DNA of 64,000 nucleotides from an uncultured virus (IMG/VR IMGVR_UViG_3300046003_004339) (taxonomy: Duplodnaviria; Heunggongvirae; Uroviricota; Caudoviricetes): IMG/VR virus record IMGVR_UViG_3300046003_004339. One strand, given 5' to 3'. Both the position numbers and the translations under genes were made by a program. The notes under the pieces are model-generated. The model was not told the DNA's origin. It ran no database searches and saw only the letters and a list, made by a program, of their open reading frames with translations. Of the stretch, positions 27,326-37,037 are shown one piece after another. Each line of letters begins with the position of its first letter. Position 1 is the stretch's first letter.

Positions 27326-28753
27326 TTATAGTGCTGCGTTGTTACGAACTTCTGTGAATGTATATTCTTTTACAAGATCGCCGTTGAGAAATACAGTCTC
27401 CAACAAGTCGCCAGTCATTCCGCCTGCCTGATAATTGGGCTGATATTCCGGCACAGTGGCGAATGTTCCATCGTTATATTTCACAAGAGCGAGACGACCA
27501 CGCTTAGATGCTTTGCTCAAGTCCTTTGGTAGCTTGTAAATATCGTACCAGTTGCCATTGCGGCACTGCGCACTCGACTTAAAAGCAAATCGCTGTGTGT
27601 CGCGGTTGATCTTCTGTAACAATCCGCCGCCCATACCGAAGACCATGTTTTCAGCCGAGAACCCATTGGTTTCAAGCAAGGTAAGAATCTTTTCGATTCC
27701 GTCCTTGTCGATTCCGTCGCCCCACAGCACGCGCACCTTTGGGTTGAGCACCATGAACCCCTTTGTGTTCATCGTGTATCCAAAGTGATTGGCCAAAGTC
27801 TGGACAATCCACAGGGTTTCGCCCTCGGGAGTCGGATGGATTGGCGAGATGCTGTCTGGCCGAACCACGAACACACCATCACGCGCTTCAATGCGATTCT
27901 TGTATTTCTTACAGACCAGATTTTCAACAAAGTTATAAATGTCGTAAGAATCCGCCACCACGCTCAAGATTCCCTTGGGATACTTATTGAGCAGGTCGTC
28001 AAGGACAGCATCTTCGCCGTTAGGCCCACGGGCAGTCATGATCGAGTGCTCGGTTGCGGCGACGGAGTATGCGAGACCTTCTAACGATGCTGCATAATAA
28101 TCCATTGCGAACTCCATAGCGGGCAATGTATCAGTCCCAAGGAAGTTGATGAGATGCGCCGCGCCCCCAATTCCAGCAGCTTCGTCCGTGCTGGCTCCGC
28201 GATAGCCGAAGTCATGCAACATGAACATAATCGCATCAGGATTGTCCGATGTGCGGTCAAGGAATCCCTTCATCATTTCTTTAGTTGCGCGACTGAGTGT
28301 CGCCACAGTGGAAGGATACCACACGTGAGTCAACACCGACTCCACGTAATTTGTAAGAAATGCAACTTGCTTGTCGTCATCCTTGGGCAATTCCACGGAC
28401 ATGAGGATGTTGTTCACCGTGACGGGCATACCTTCCGGTACCGCTTTGATGCGGAGAGGAAGCTTACCATCGTATTTGTTTAGAATGTGCTCCCAACCTT
28501 TGCGGTTAAAGAAGGCTTCGCTTCCGAAGTGAGCCTTGGCAATCGCTGCGGCCTGTTCAATCTTTTCCCGTGTGACAACCTTGCCCACGAGATATTTCTT
28601 TAGAATGTACTGCAATCCAAAGAATACAGTCTTGTCAAACTTTGCCCCTTTGCGGGATTCAAAGTAACTGTAAACGTTCTCGGTACCGTCTGGATACATG
28701 TTCCAGTGGCTACCCATTTTGTAACTGTCAGTCTGTGTCATTATGTTTTTCAT
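27326..28753 (-). CDS. nadV: nicotinamide phosphoribosyltransferase (Nampt)
   Basis: TDSYK, WYPSTVAT, LHDFGYRG, ATEHS, SVVADSYD, VVRPDS, GDGI, FGMGGGLLQ..RDT..AFK. Confidence 0.95.
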   Translation of the reverse strand: MKNIMTQTDSYKMGSHWNMYPDGTENVYSYFESRKGAKFDKTVFFGLQYILKKYLVGKVVTREKIEQAAAIAKAHFGSEAFFNRKGWEHILNKYDGKLPLRIKAVPEGMPVTVNNILMSVELPKDDDKQVAFLTNYVESVLTHVWYPSTVATLSRATKEMMKGFLDRTSDNPDAIMFMLHDFGYRGASTDEAAGIGGAAHLINFLGTDTLPAMEFAMDYYAASLEGLAYSVAATEHSIMTARGPNGEDAVLDDLLNKYPKGILSVVADSYDIYNFVENLVCKKYKNRIEARDGVFVVRPDSISPIHPTPEGETLWIVQTLANHFGYTMNTKGFMVLNPKVRVLWGDGIDKDGIEKILTLLETNGFSAENMVFGMGGGLLQKINRDTQRFAFKSSAQCRNGNWYDIYKLPKDLSKASKRGRLALVKYNDGTFATVPEYQPNYQAGGMTGDLLETVFLNGDLVKEYTFTEVRNNAAL

Positions 28754-28793
28754 AGTATTTATATTATATCTTACACTATTTTTTAATTTGCCC

Positions 28794-28979
28794 TTATTTT
28801 ATATCTCGGGCAGTAAATTGTGGTTGACTTGTGATTTTTTGTTTACCCGTAATTATGGTGACATTTTTATCTAAGGCAAGCTTTTTCAAGCCTCCGTATA
28901 ATTTTGCCATCTCTGCATAATTTTGAGGCGATCCTGTTCTTGGGTTTAGGTTGTTAGAATAATCAATTATTTTCGTCAT
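28794..28979 (-). CDS. 61-aa protein resembling a DnaB helicase Walker-B/H3 fragment
   Basis: IIDY...LKKLALDKNVTIITGKQ; start overlaps the NMNAT-Nudix stop. Confidence 0.45.
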   Translation of the reverse strand: MTKIIDYSNNLNPRTGSPQNYAEMAKLYGGLKKLALDKNVTIITGKQKITSQPQFTARDIK

Positions 28980-29967
28980 TTTCTGGTTGATTGGCACGTC
29001 TGGAACGAACTGGGTTTTGAGGAAAGTTTGTGTCGATGTATGCTTTAAGCATATTCCAAAGAGGAATATGTTCATCCATCAGAAAATAGTCAAGAGCTTC
29101 CGTGGGATTAAATTTGTCATAATCAAACCATCTGCATTCTGCGATATCGTCAGCAGCTTTTGGAGCACCCATGCTGTATAAACCAACATACAAATGAGTC
29201 ATGATTTTTTCCGAAGGATTATTTTTATAGCGCCAGTCGTCAACCTTTTTGCTACCGACATATCTAAGTCCTGCCAGACTAACGCTCAATCCACATTCTT
29301 CGTCAAGTTCTCGCAATGCAGCTTCTTCAAAAGAATCGTCTTTTGGGTCGATGAATCCACCAACAAAACGATAACCATTTTCAAGAGGCTTGCGAGCCAA
29401 TAGGATGCGACGTTCTTTTGGGTCGAACACAGCAACATCCACTGTGGAATAGACTGTAGGATATCTTTGGTATGTGGCCCAGATTGCTCCCGCCCTAAAT
29501 TGTGGGTTACTCTGTGGAGCTTGTGCAATCTTATTGCGCATTTCCGTGCCAGATACAAAGCGAGTTGCTTGTAATTCCTTTGTGGTAAATTTACCTTTGT
29601 AGTGCGAAAGGAACGAGTCTCTGCTACCATACAATACAACCGTGTCGTTGGGGCTAATAATGTCTCGGATTTGCCCGTCGAGTTTTTCCGACCAGTCGTC
29701 GTCGCTGCGATTATCTTTAATATAACCAATCGTTAAATTGGGAAACTTGTCATGTGGATAAGCCTCAAGCAACATTTGCTTTCTGGGCTGAAAGTCCAGC
29801 GGGTCGTGAATACTTCCTCGTACTTGACTTAGACCAAGGAAAATTACCACTTTGGCGTGATTTGCGATTACCGTGTTAATTAACTCGGTGTGTGCTTCGT
29901 GCAATGCTGCACATTGAAAACGTGCAACGATTACTCCGACAGTATAGTCTTTTGTTACTTCTTTCAT
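28963..29967 (-). CDS. bifunctional NMN adenylyltransferase / Nudix hydrolase (NadM-Nudix, NatV-like)
   Basis: ARFQ...HEAH, SGTEMR, Nudix box GG.....DSFEEAALRELDEECGL. Confidence 0.92.
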   Translation of the reverse strand: MKEVTKDYTVGVIVARFQCAALHEAHTELINTVIANHAKVVIFLGLSQVRGSIHDPLDFQPRKQMLLEAYPHDKFPNLTIGYIKDNRSDDDWSEKLDGQIRDIISPNDTVVLYGSRDSFLSHYKGKFTTKELQATRFVSGTEMRNKIAQAPQSNPQFRAGAIWATYQRYPTVYSTVDVAVFDPKERRILLARKPLENGYRFVGGFIDPKDDSFEEAALRELDEECGLSVSLAGLRYVGSKKVDDWRYKNNPSEKIMTHLYVGLYSMGAPKAADDIAECRWFDYDKFNPTEALDYFLMDEHIPLWNMLKAYIDTNFPQNPVRSRRANQPENDENN

Positions 29968-30070
29968 ATATGTATCCGAATTTAGTTGTTTGGTGTAACT
30001 TGGATCATCAATAACATCCTTATTACGAATATAAATATGGCTCTAATCTGTGAAATGTCAAGCAATATTG

Positions 30071-30304
30071 TTATTTTTGTTTTTTATGAGTCAAATGCCA
30101 CATTTTACAGTACGGACATGCATAGGTTGAAAGCAATAGACCTTCTTTTTTATAAACATTCTTGATAGCGATGTTGGCGACAAGATTGGTGTAACAAAAC
30201 TTTCTCTCACATGCTTTGTATTTGTCTCTTTGTCCAACACTGTCAAACTTGATATACCCATTTTCAGTTTTGAAAAAGGCAGTTTTCATTTGTTGTCTGG
30301 CCAT
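30071..30304 (-). CDS. small Zn-finger phage protein
   Basis: C.RK..Y and YACPYCKMWHLT. Confidence 0.65.
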   Translation of the reverse strand: MARQQMKTAFFKTENGYIKFDSVGQRDKYKACERKFCYTNLVANIAIKNVYKKEGLLLSTYACPYCKMWHLTHKKQK

Positions 30305-30513
30305 TTCTTCAAATCTACTAATCGTTTAATTGTGTCATTAATATCTTGTCCGGAGACCATATACGCGATAAGAATTTCCATGTTCTCTTTTGTTACCAAC
30401 TCGTCAACCTCTTTAGCCCGATATACAATTGTATATGGCATAGGAGGAGGGCCATTAAAATCCTCTTCTTCATATAATCCTGTTGCAGTGGCGTAGTGTT
30501 TTTTCAGGTTCAT
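30286..30513 (-). CDS. hypothetical protein
   Basis: ORF. Confidence 0.6.
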   Translation of the reverse strand: MNLKKHYATATGLYEEEDFNGPPPMPYTIVYRAKEVDELVTKENMEILIAYMVSGQDINDTIKRLVDLKKWPDNK

Positions 30514-30514
30514 C

Positions 30515-30751
30515 TTATTTCTTCATAAAGATTGTTCCACGCTGAATGTCTCCAAGCAAACAAGAATATGCATCAAATGCTCCTCTGGCCTTTTCTCTTT
30601 CACGGTCATCGCGCAGCAAATCATTCATCAATAAATGATTTAGATCACGCAGATGCCTTATCCATTTGACCAATTTTACTTGATCAATTTTATACATTGT
30701 ATCAACCGGATCAACCTTTTGATCTTCCCATTTATGTGTGTATTGGAACAT
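30515..30751 (-). CDS. hypothetical protein, tandem duplicate A
   Basis: Highly similar to 30788-31024. Confidence 0.75.
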   Translation of the reverse strand: MFQYTHKWEDQKVDPVDTMYKIDQVKLVKWIRHLRDLNHLLMNDLLRDDREREKARGAFDAYSCLLGDIQRGTIFMKK

Positions 30752-30787
30752 ATGAATAGAGTGACTTATTTTTTATATTTACCCAGC

Positions 30788-31024
30788 TTACTTCTTCATG
30801 AAGATTGTGCCGCGTTGAATGTCTCCAAGCAAACAATCATAAGAGTCAAATCTTCCTTTATCGGTGCCTCGCTGCACATCGTCGCGAGATAAGTCATTCA
30901 TCAATACCATGTTCAAATCGCGCAGATGCTTCAACCATTTAACCAATTTTACTTGGTCGATTTCATACATTGTATCAACCGGGTCAATTTTCTGGTCTTC
31001 CCATTTATGTGTGTATTGGAACAT
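30788..31024 (-). CDS. hypothetical protein, tandem duplicate B
   Basis: MFQYTHKWEDQK...LLGDIQRGTIFMKK. Confidence 0.75.
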   Translation of the reverse strand: MFQYTHKWEDQKIDPVDTMYEIDQVKLVKWLKHLRDLNMVLMNDLSRDDVQRGTDKGRFDSYDCLLGDIQRGTIFMKK

Positions 31025-31055
31025 ATGAATAGAGTGACTTACTTTTTATCGAATG

Positions 31056-31226
31056 TCAAGCCGATTTTGACAGCGTCATTAAAAATAACAGAGGGTAACA
31101 CGCCTCACGAGAATTTGCATAAGCACATGCTTCAAATTTATTGAAGTTAATCTCGGTAGAATTTTCTACGATAGTGCGCTGTTTGGTGTCCTTGTTTTCT
31201 AGGATTACGAATTTGTAGTGATTCAT
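31056..31226 (-). CDS. hypothetical protein (56 aa)
   Basis: Between two promoter copies; stop in TTGAC. Confidence 0.5.
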   Translation of the reverse strand: MNHYKFVILENKDTKQRTIVENSTEINFNKFEACAYANSREACYPLLFLMTLSKSA

Positions 31227-31264
31227 ATGAGAATCACGGTGACTTACTTTTTATCGAATGTCAA

Positions 31265-31723
31265 TTACTTTTTATCAAAATCAAATTGTGCCTGCTTCTC
31301 CACTGGGTCTTCGTACCAATCATATGATGTTGTTCTGTTTCTCAATTCTGCACGCAATGCCCAATGCGTGTGACTATAGTTTGGGTCCATGTCAATATGA
31401 TTGAAAGCATGTTGCAAATCGTACTTTATTGTATTCAGTATTGTTTTTAAAACATTGGCGTCTGCGTTGGCATTGTCATAGTTGTAGAGACAATTGTCTT
31501 GTCTGTTCACACATACTTTGTCAGACATACCAAAATCATATGTATAATAAGCAATTTCTCCATCAACTTCTATACAACCATCCACAATCAATGGTGGATT
31601 GAACAACAATGCACCATATCCGTATAATTCTCGTATAACAAACTTGAAATCAATATATGTTTTACCATCATACTCTGACACATGTTGTTCAAGAGTGGTT
31701 TCTACTTTATCGGCGTTTTTCAT
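31265..31723 (-). CDS. hypothetical protein
   Basis: ORF. Confidence 0.65.
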   Translation of the reverse strand: MKNADKVETTLEQHVSEYDGKTYIDFKFVIRELYGYGALLFNPPLIVDGCIEVDGEIAYYTYDFGMSDKVCVNRQDNCLYNYDNANADANVLKTILNTIKYDLQHAFNHIDMDPNYSHTHWALRAELRNRTTSYDWYEDPVEKQAQFDFDKK

Positions 31724-31724
31724 T

Positions 31725-32237
31725 TTAAGGTAATATTTTCATAGAATTTAACGATAAATATGCATTTTCTCTGTGGGCTGTTCCACCATTGCATGTGGCT
31801 TGGGTTCTAGTTATTTCCTTTTTCAAATCGACGACGTAATTTCCTTTAACTCCGCATATTTTCCAGAATATAATTTTGGAATCTCCTAGCAAAGAAACAA
31901 ATAAAAATCCCGGAACACCAAGTGCACAGCAAAGATGCTTTAATTTTTCTAATTTCTCATATGTTATCAAATAAGAATCATACTCGTTTCCTCTATATAT
32001 TAGTTTACTGTCCGAAGTTTTATCGCCGAGTTTTATTCCCATTTCTCTAGATTTTACTTCGGCGAGACCAATTAGGGTTTTATTTCTCACCATCAGTGCA
32101 TCTATATCCGATGAACTGGCAGGGTCTGTTTTTATAATATCGCACTTTAAGGCTACTTCTATTCTATCGTGACATGATAATTGCGACCCTATATAAATTT
32201 GTCCTCTGGGGGTGTTGCAGTCTAATGAAGAATTCAT
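31725..32237 (-). CDS. PD-(D/E)XK nuclease-like protein
   Basis: IDAL...AEVKSR; MNSSL start avoids thyX overlap. Confidence 0.6.
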   Translation of the reverse strand: MNSSLDCNTPRGQIYIGSQLSCHDRIEVALKCDIIKTDPASSSDIDALMVRNKTLIGLAEVKSREMGIKLGDKTSDSKLIYRGNEYDSYLITYEKLEKLKHLCCALGVPGFLFVSLLGDSKIIFWKICGVKGNYVVDLKKEITRTQATCNGGTAHRENAYLSLNSMKILP

Positions 32238-32239
32238 AA

Positions 32240-33220
32240 TTAATTTAATTGGAACCGTTGAACTCTGCCGTCTGTGCGATTTTCTCCATTGAACATCTTG
32301 CGATATTGCTTCCAACCAACAAAATTACCACTTTGTTCAGGTGTGTTGAGTGCTATTGCACAATGTTCAAATGGACTCCAATGGCCAGAATTTTTTAGAA
32401 TATCATGCAGTTCAATGTCTTTGACATAATCATCTTTACCTTCAAAGTTTAGATATGATACACGAGCGCAGCGAGCAGTTGAAATTTTTATCGCTGTTTC
32501 TCTAAAAAGATTTTCATCATTGGAAAGTGTTCCTTTGGAAACTTCTACTCCATATGGAGTTTTTTCATGTGTTGATTCTTGTACCATCTTCCATATTCTT
32601 TTATGGTCTAGGTTATCACCAAATGGAATATGCCATTCACCTTCTTTGAGTTTATTTGGCTCTTTCGATTGATATAAATCAAGCATCTTATATGCAAGGT
32701 CTTGAAATTCTGGTTGAGTATCCTCGTGAGCACGCAATGAAAGGAAGTTTTCGTGTTCTGTTGCAGTAACTAATACAGTAATGTGCATGAATGGTTCCAG
32801 AATACGATTAGCGATTTGTTTGTGCAATCCAAGTTCTAGCATCTTTTCGGCATGTTTTACAGCACTATCTCTTGCCAACAACCACTCTCGCTTCGCCTCC
32901 TGTTTTTTGGTTGTAATTAACAGCCCTTCACCATACGGCAAATCTTTGCGTACTTCTGCATATTTCTCCGTATCATCCAGTTCTTCCTTAGCTTGCATTC
33001 CAGCTTGATTCTTGCCCCAAAATATTGGCATTGCTGGATTGTTATTGACTTCATCAATCATCTTCTTCACGGGAATGGCTCGACTAGATGACGCATTGCG
33101 TGAGAACACTCTATGGGTCATCACTTCGCTGTGAAAAAAACGAGGATATGTAAGAATCCAAGTTGTGATGCGGTTTCCCGCTGGATTGACGCTATCTAAA
33201 AGTATTTTTGCTGTAATCAT
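32240..33220 (-). CDS. thyX: flavin-dependent thymidylate synthase
   Basis: YPRFFHSEVMTHRVFSRNASSSRAIP, HKQIANRILEPF, ARCARVSY, HWSPFEH. Confidence 0.9.
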   Translation of the reverse strand: MITAKILLDSVNPAGNRITTWILTYPRFFHSEVMTHRVFSRNASSSRAIPVKKMIDEVNNNPAMPIFWGKNQAGMQAKEELDDTEKYAEVRKDLPYGEGLLITTKKQEAKREWLLARDSAVKHAEKMLELGLHKQIANRILEPFMHITVLVTATEHENFLSLRAHEDTQPEFQDLAYKMLDLYQSKEPNKLKEGEWHIPFGDNLDHKRIWKMVQESTHEKTPYGVEVSKGTLSNDENLFRETAIKISTARCARVSYLNFEGKDDYVKDIELHDILKNSGHWSPFEHCAIALNTPEQSGNFVGWKQYRKMFNGENRTDGRVQRFQLN

Positions 33221-33223
33221 AAA

Positions 33224-33709
33224 TTATGTTTGTTGGTTATATTTTCCCAGTTGCTCTTCGGTTGTTTTTTCCCATTTTGCTTTTCTCAATGCTTTTATTT
33301 TAGCATACCATCTAGGTTCACCATTATAAAATCCATCAATGGCAATCAATGCCTCTTCAACACTGTATAATAAAGTATAGTTTTCGCCTCCCCACCCAAA
33401 ATTGAAAATCACTCGATCATATATCGTAACTGGTTTATCGTCCTTTACTGTCCAATCATAGCATATACTACCCCATATAGTTGGATTGTCATATTCATCG
33501 TCGTAATCTTCTTTTTTAGGTGGTATAATTTTGGGTAAAAACGAAAATTCAATACCGGTTGTTTCTTTAGTATCAACATTTGCATGTTCTTCCATTTTCA
33601 AATTTGAATTTGGTAGTGTAGAGAACTTGTACAATATTGGCAGAAAATTATTGCGAATGATATTCTGTCCTACGAAGTCATTATATTCTTTGAGTTCTGT
33701 TTCAGTCAT
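33224..33709 (-). CDS. hypothetical protein
   Basis: ORF. Confidence 0.65.
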   Translation of the reverse strand: MTETELKEYNDFVGQNIIRNNFLPILYKFSTLPNSNLKMEEHANVDTKETTGIEFSFLPKIIPPKKEDYDDEYDNPTIWGSICYDWTVKDDKPVTIYDRVIFNFGWGGENYTLLYSVEEALIAIDGFYNGEPRWYAKIKALRKAKWEKTTEEQLGKYNQQT

Positions 33710-33712
33710 AAA

Positions 33713-33985
33713 TTATTTTATTTCTCTTATCTCTCTGTGTAATCTATACACTATAAGTGCATCTTCCAACAAGTCAATTTGTTTTTGAATTTTTTCTCTT
33801 TTTATTGGATCGGTTGTGTTGTTCAACTTGTTTTGAAAATACATCAAATCTTCATATTTAACCGCATTATCTATTTGTATGTCCTTGGGATTTGATTGCT
33901 CGACAATATCTTGCAATAAGAATGTCGCAAATCCAATAAAAAATAAAACAAAGAAAAGTACTATGCATATAATGAATGTAATCAT
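33713..33985 (-). CDS. hypothetical membrane-anchored protein
   Basis: N-terminal TM helix. Confidence 0.6.
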   Translation of the reverse strand: MITFIICIVLFFVLFFIGFATFLLQDIVEQSNPKDIQIDNAVKYEDLMYFQNKLNNTTDPIKREKIQKQIDLLEDALIVYRLHREIREIK

Positions 33986-34383
33986 TTTACGGTTGCTCCT
34001 CGTATCACCATGCTACATTTCGTAGGATTTTCCCAAGTTGGACACATCCATACAACATATACACAGTTCATTTTCAATACATGCCTTCCATATTTCAGAG
34101 ATTCTTCTACTATAATATCAACATTATCGCCCAGCTTCCAAGATGCAGCAAACGGCAATTTGCATGATTTTACACAATATGATTGTGCATTATGTATAAA
34201 TTGAGGCCGAGATACTTTCATATATCCATACTTGTTCACCAAATGATCACTTGGCACAATGTCTTGGTTTAAAACAATACTATCTCGTGCCAATGGTTGG
34301 GATACTTCTTGTATAGATGTTGCGATGAGTGGAGTTGCCACCACCCCAAAACCTAAACTGGTAATAAAATTACGTCTATTCAT
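33982..34383 (-). CDS. protein with twin-arginine (Tat)-like signal peptide
   Basis: MNRRNFITSLGFGVVATPLIA. Confidence 0.65.
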   Translation of the reverse strand: MNRRNFITSLGFGVVATPLIATSIQEVSQPLARDSIVLNQDIVPSDHLVNKYGYMKVSRPQFIHNAQSYCVKSCKLPFAASWKLGDNVDIIVEESLKYGRHVLKMNCVYVVWMCPTWENPTKCSMVIRGATVK

Positions 34384-34388
34384 AAATT

Positions 34389-34948
34389 TTATTTCACGCC
34401 AAAGTATTCTCCAACGATTTTCAATGCTGGCAATAGTTTTTTAAAATACTCTTTATCTTCAATTTGATATTTTCCCAACTTGTTTTTACTGCGATTTAGT
34501 TTATGTAGGTCTTTAGTAATAGTATCAATATGCCATTTCAAGTTGTCTCGAAATGCATCATCAAGTTGCTCATCGTCTATATCAATTTGTATTTTCATCG
34601 GTATATACCACTGTCCAATTACTGTCATTATAGATATGATCAAACAAAGTATCACCATCTTCGCCATCTGGCTGAATGTTTAGTTTCTTGCATAGTTTGG
34701 AAAAAACTTTATCTTGTCTAGACATGTCTGTTAGAATTTCTTTGCGAAATGCTGCTATTTCTTTTTTATGTTTCTTGTGTATTGTTATCATTTGGTATAA
34801 TGTTTATTTTTACTTTCCAATTCGGATTTACAATAACTCCTTTGCCCTTTGGGTCTTTCTTGCGAAAGATATCATCAAAGTTGTTGCCATATTTTTCATA
34901 TGGCACACTATATGGTCTTGCTTTACTGCCTTTTCCGTTTTGGCTCAT
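34389..34948 (-). other. run of three short overlapping hypothetical ORFs (about 34389-34598, 34582-34791, 34766-34948)
   Basis: Coupled starts and stops; GKGSKARP motif in the last. Confidence 0.55.
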
Positions 34949-35550
34949 GTTGTTGTTTTTTCTTTCTTCAATGACCTCACAGTAACATAGTTTCTATCTA
35001 CGCAGAATGGATCTGTCTTAGCATGATCACAGTTTAGAGTTTTGTACCATCCACTTTTGGTCACATGCATTTCGCCCTTCTGTCCAGTGACTTCACATGT
35101 GCGCTCAGACAGTGTTTCGGCCATATGAATAACACCATCAAAATAAGCATTGTATCTGTTTATGATTTCTTTCAAATCAGGATATTTGTTGGTTTTTTCC
35201 AATTCAAGCAAATCAGAATCATATTGTAGATGATAATAGAAACGCAACGTACCAAACTTTTCTTTCACTTGATCTGCAACAAGTTGTGGAGGCTTTATAC
35301 TAAAATGATATGTCGTTTCATTTGAGTATGAATATGGAGCAATATTTAGACGCTTGCCGTCAACTTCATCCACCATAATAGAAGTTGAATAGGTATATGT
35401 TGCGGCTTGACACAAAGCATCAATCACATCATACCATCCGTCGCCAACCAAAATACCCCAATGCATGCAAGACTCAGTTTCAGAAGCATTTCTGTTCTTG
35501 AATATCTTGGGATATTTCTCACAAAGTTGTTTGTCTAATTCGGGTTTCAT
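34945..35550 (-). CDS. conserved phage hypothetical protein
   Basis: GDGWY, QVKEKFGTLRFY, SERTCEVTG. Confidence 0.8.
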   Translation of the reverse strand: MKPELDKQLCEKYPKIFKNRNASETESCMHWGILVGDGWYDVIDALCQAATYTYSTSIMVDEVDGKRLNIAPYSYSNETTYHFSIKPPQLVADQVKEKFGTLRFYYHLQYDSDLLELEKTNKYPDLKEIINRYNAYFDGVIHMAETLSERTCEVTGQKGEMHVTKSGWYKTLNCDHAKTDPFCVDRNYVTVRSLKKEKTTT

Positions 35551-36224
35551 ATAGTATCATATCTTACTTCAGGAAACAGGTGTTTGTCAATAAAATTCTT
35601 AACATCCTCTTCCTTGTATCCGCAGTTTATCAAAAAGCGAGATGTATGAATATTCTGCTTTTGATTTTTACAATATTTGTTGTGACGCTCTGACATGCTG
35701 AAATCAACAATGGTTATTCCCACATTGTTTATATAATAATCCAAGCAATCTTTGGCAACTTCAATGATCTGTTCAAGTTCAGCATCAGTATTCACTCCAC
35801 CAGCAGCAATCATATTTTCACTGAATATGTTCTTGCCCCAATCTGGCAGTTCACGGTCTTTTTTCCACACAAGGTCTTTGGTTCGGTTCTTGAACCATAC
35901 ATTCATTGGATGATTGCTTGTTGCCATACTGAAATCAAGAAATACTCCTGTTATCTTGTTGGCTCCGCAAATTACATCAAAGCCAAAGATTGGCGAAGTG
36001 TCATCAAGATGTGGAAATATACACACATGCATAATCCACATCTTTTTTTCTTCAATGACATTCAATATTTCAATATGACCACGACGAAATTTTGCTCCGC
36101 GAAATATACGATTGGTCCAGTTATATGCAGTTAGCATATCACTTTCAATTTCAGTATTGTTCTTGGCGATTTTTAGATATAAATCGCTAGACAACACTTT
36201 CATTTTGTCGAAGATGATGCTCAT
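35547..36224 (-). CDS. ferredoxin-dependent bilin reductase, PcyX/PcyA-like
   Basis: RRGHI, WIMHVCIFP, PIFGFDVI.G.NKITG.F.DFS, RELPDWG..IFS, YC.NQKQN.HT. Confidence 0.85.
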   Translation of the reverse strand: MSIIFDKMKVLSSDLYLKIAKNNTEIESDMLTAYNWTNRIFRGAKFRRGHIEILNVIEEKKMWIMHVCIFPHLDDTSPIFGFDVICGANKITGVFLDFSMATSNHPMNVWFKNRTKDLVWKKDRELPDWGKNIFSENMIAAGGVNTDAELEQIIEVAKDCLDYYINNVGITIVDFSMSERHNKYCKNQKQNIHTSRFLINCGYKEEDVKNFIDKHLFPEVRYDTI

Positions 36225-36225
36225 T

Positions 36226-36771
36226 TTAGAACAAATTGCTCTTTGTGATAGAATCTATAATATCAACAGTTCTATTGAACGCCATGTTGGCATCGTCGGC
36301 AAGGTCTGGTGTAGCAAGCTCACGCATCTTTTGACGCAAAGCAGGCAGCTTGTCATCAAAATCATACATTGAACCACTGCCATGAGCAAGCGGTTTGAGC
36401 ATTTGGCCACCATACATATCACCAGCATAACGAACATAAAAATGAGCAAGAATTTCATTGCGTTCTGTCATACGAGTAATCTCGTTGTAATACATAACAG
36501 TTTCCCAATGAATTATAGATTGCTTGCCAAGTTTACTGTTCAGTTCGGCCACGTCGGCACGAACCTTTGCTGCTCGTTGAATACCATCAAGTTCTTGAAG
36601 AATGCCAACCTTTTCAGCGGCAAACTCAAGTGCTGTATAAATAACAGAAAGTTGAGTAATATATTCCATATACTCTTCTTCGGTAATAGCCTTTGCCATA
36701 AACAATCGCATAAAGTGCGTGTTTTCGGCTTTGGCATGTGATTGTGCTGTAAGTTCGCGTAGTGTACTCAT
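36226..36771 (-). CDS. heme oxygenase
   Basis: LRELT...HAKAE proximal His, IYTALE, AHFYVRYAGDMYGGQML. Confidence 0.9.
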   Translation of the reverse strand: MSTLRELTAQSHAKAENTHFMRLFMAKAITEEEYMEYITQLSVIYTALEFAAEKVGILQELDGIQRAAKVRADVAELNSKLGKQSIIHWETVMYYNEITRMTERNEILAHFYVRYAGDMYGGQMLKPLAHGSGSMYDFDDKLPALRQKMRELATPDLADDANMAFNRTVDIIDSITKSNLF

Positions 36772-36779
36772 ATATTGTT

Positions 36780-36989
36780 TTATTTTTTAGTTAGCCAGTT
36801 GTGAAATGGAATGTATATTTTATATACAATGATGGCCAATAATTGAAAAATGTCAGTTGCCCAGATAAATGGGCCAGATAAAGCGTAAAATACTATTTTT
36901 TGTGGCAATCTATTTACATTGTCATTATTGAAAATGAAAAATACAGTACCAAGTATTGCCCACATGATCAGTATAATTGAAAATATCAT
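36780..36989 (-). CDS. small membrane protein
   Basis: Hydrophobic ORF. Confidence 0.55.
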   Translation of the reverse strand: MIFSIILIMWAILGTVFFIFNNDNVNRLPQKIVFYALSGPFIWATDIFQLLAIIVYKIYIPFHNWLTKK

Positions 36990-37037
36990 ATGCGTTATAT
37001 CATACTCACAATCACGTGATTGTCAATGATATAAAAA

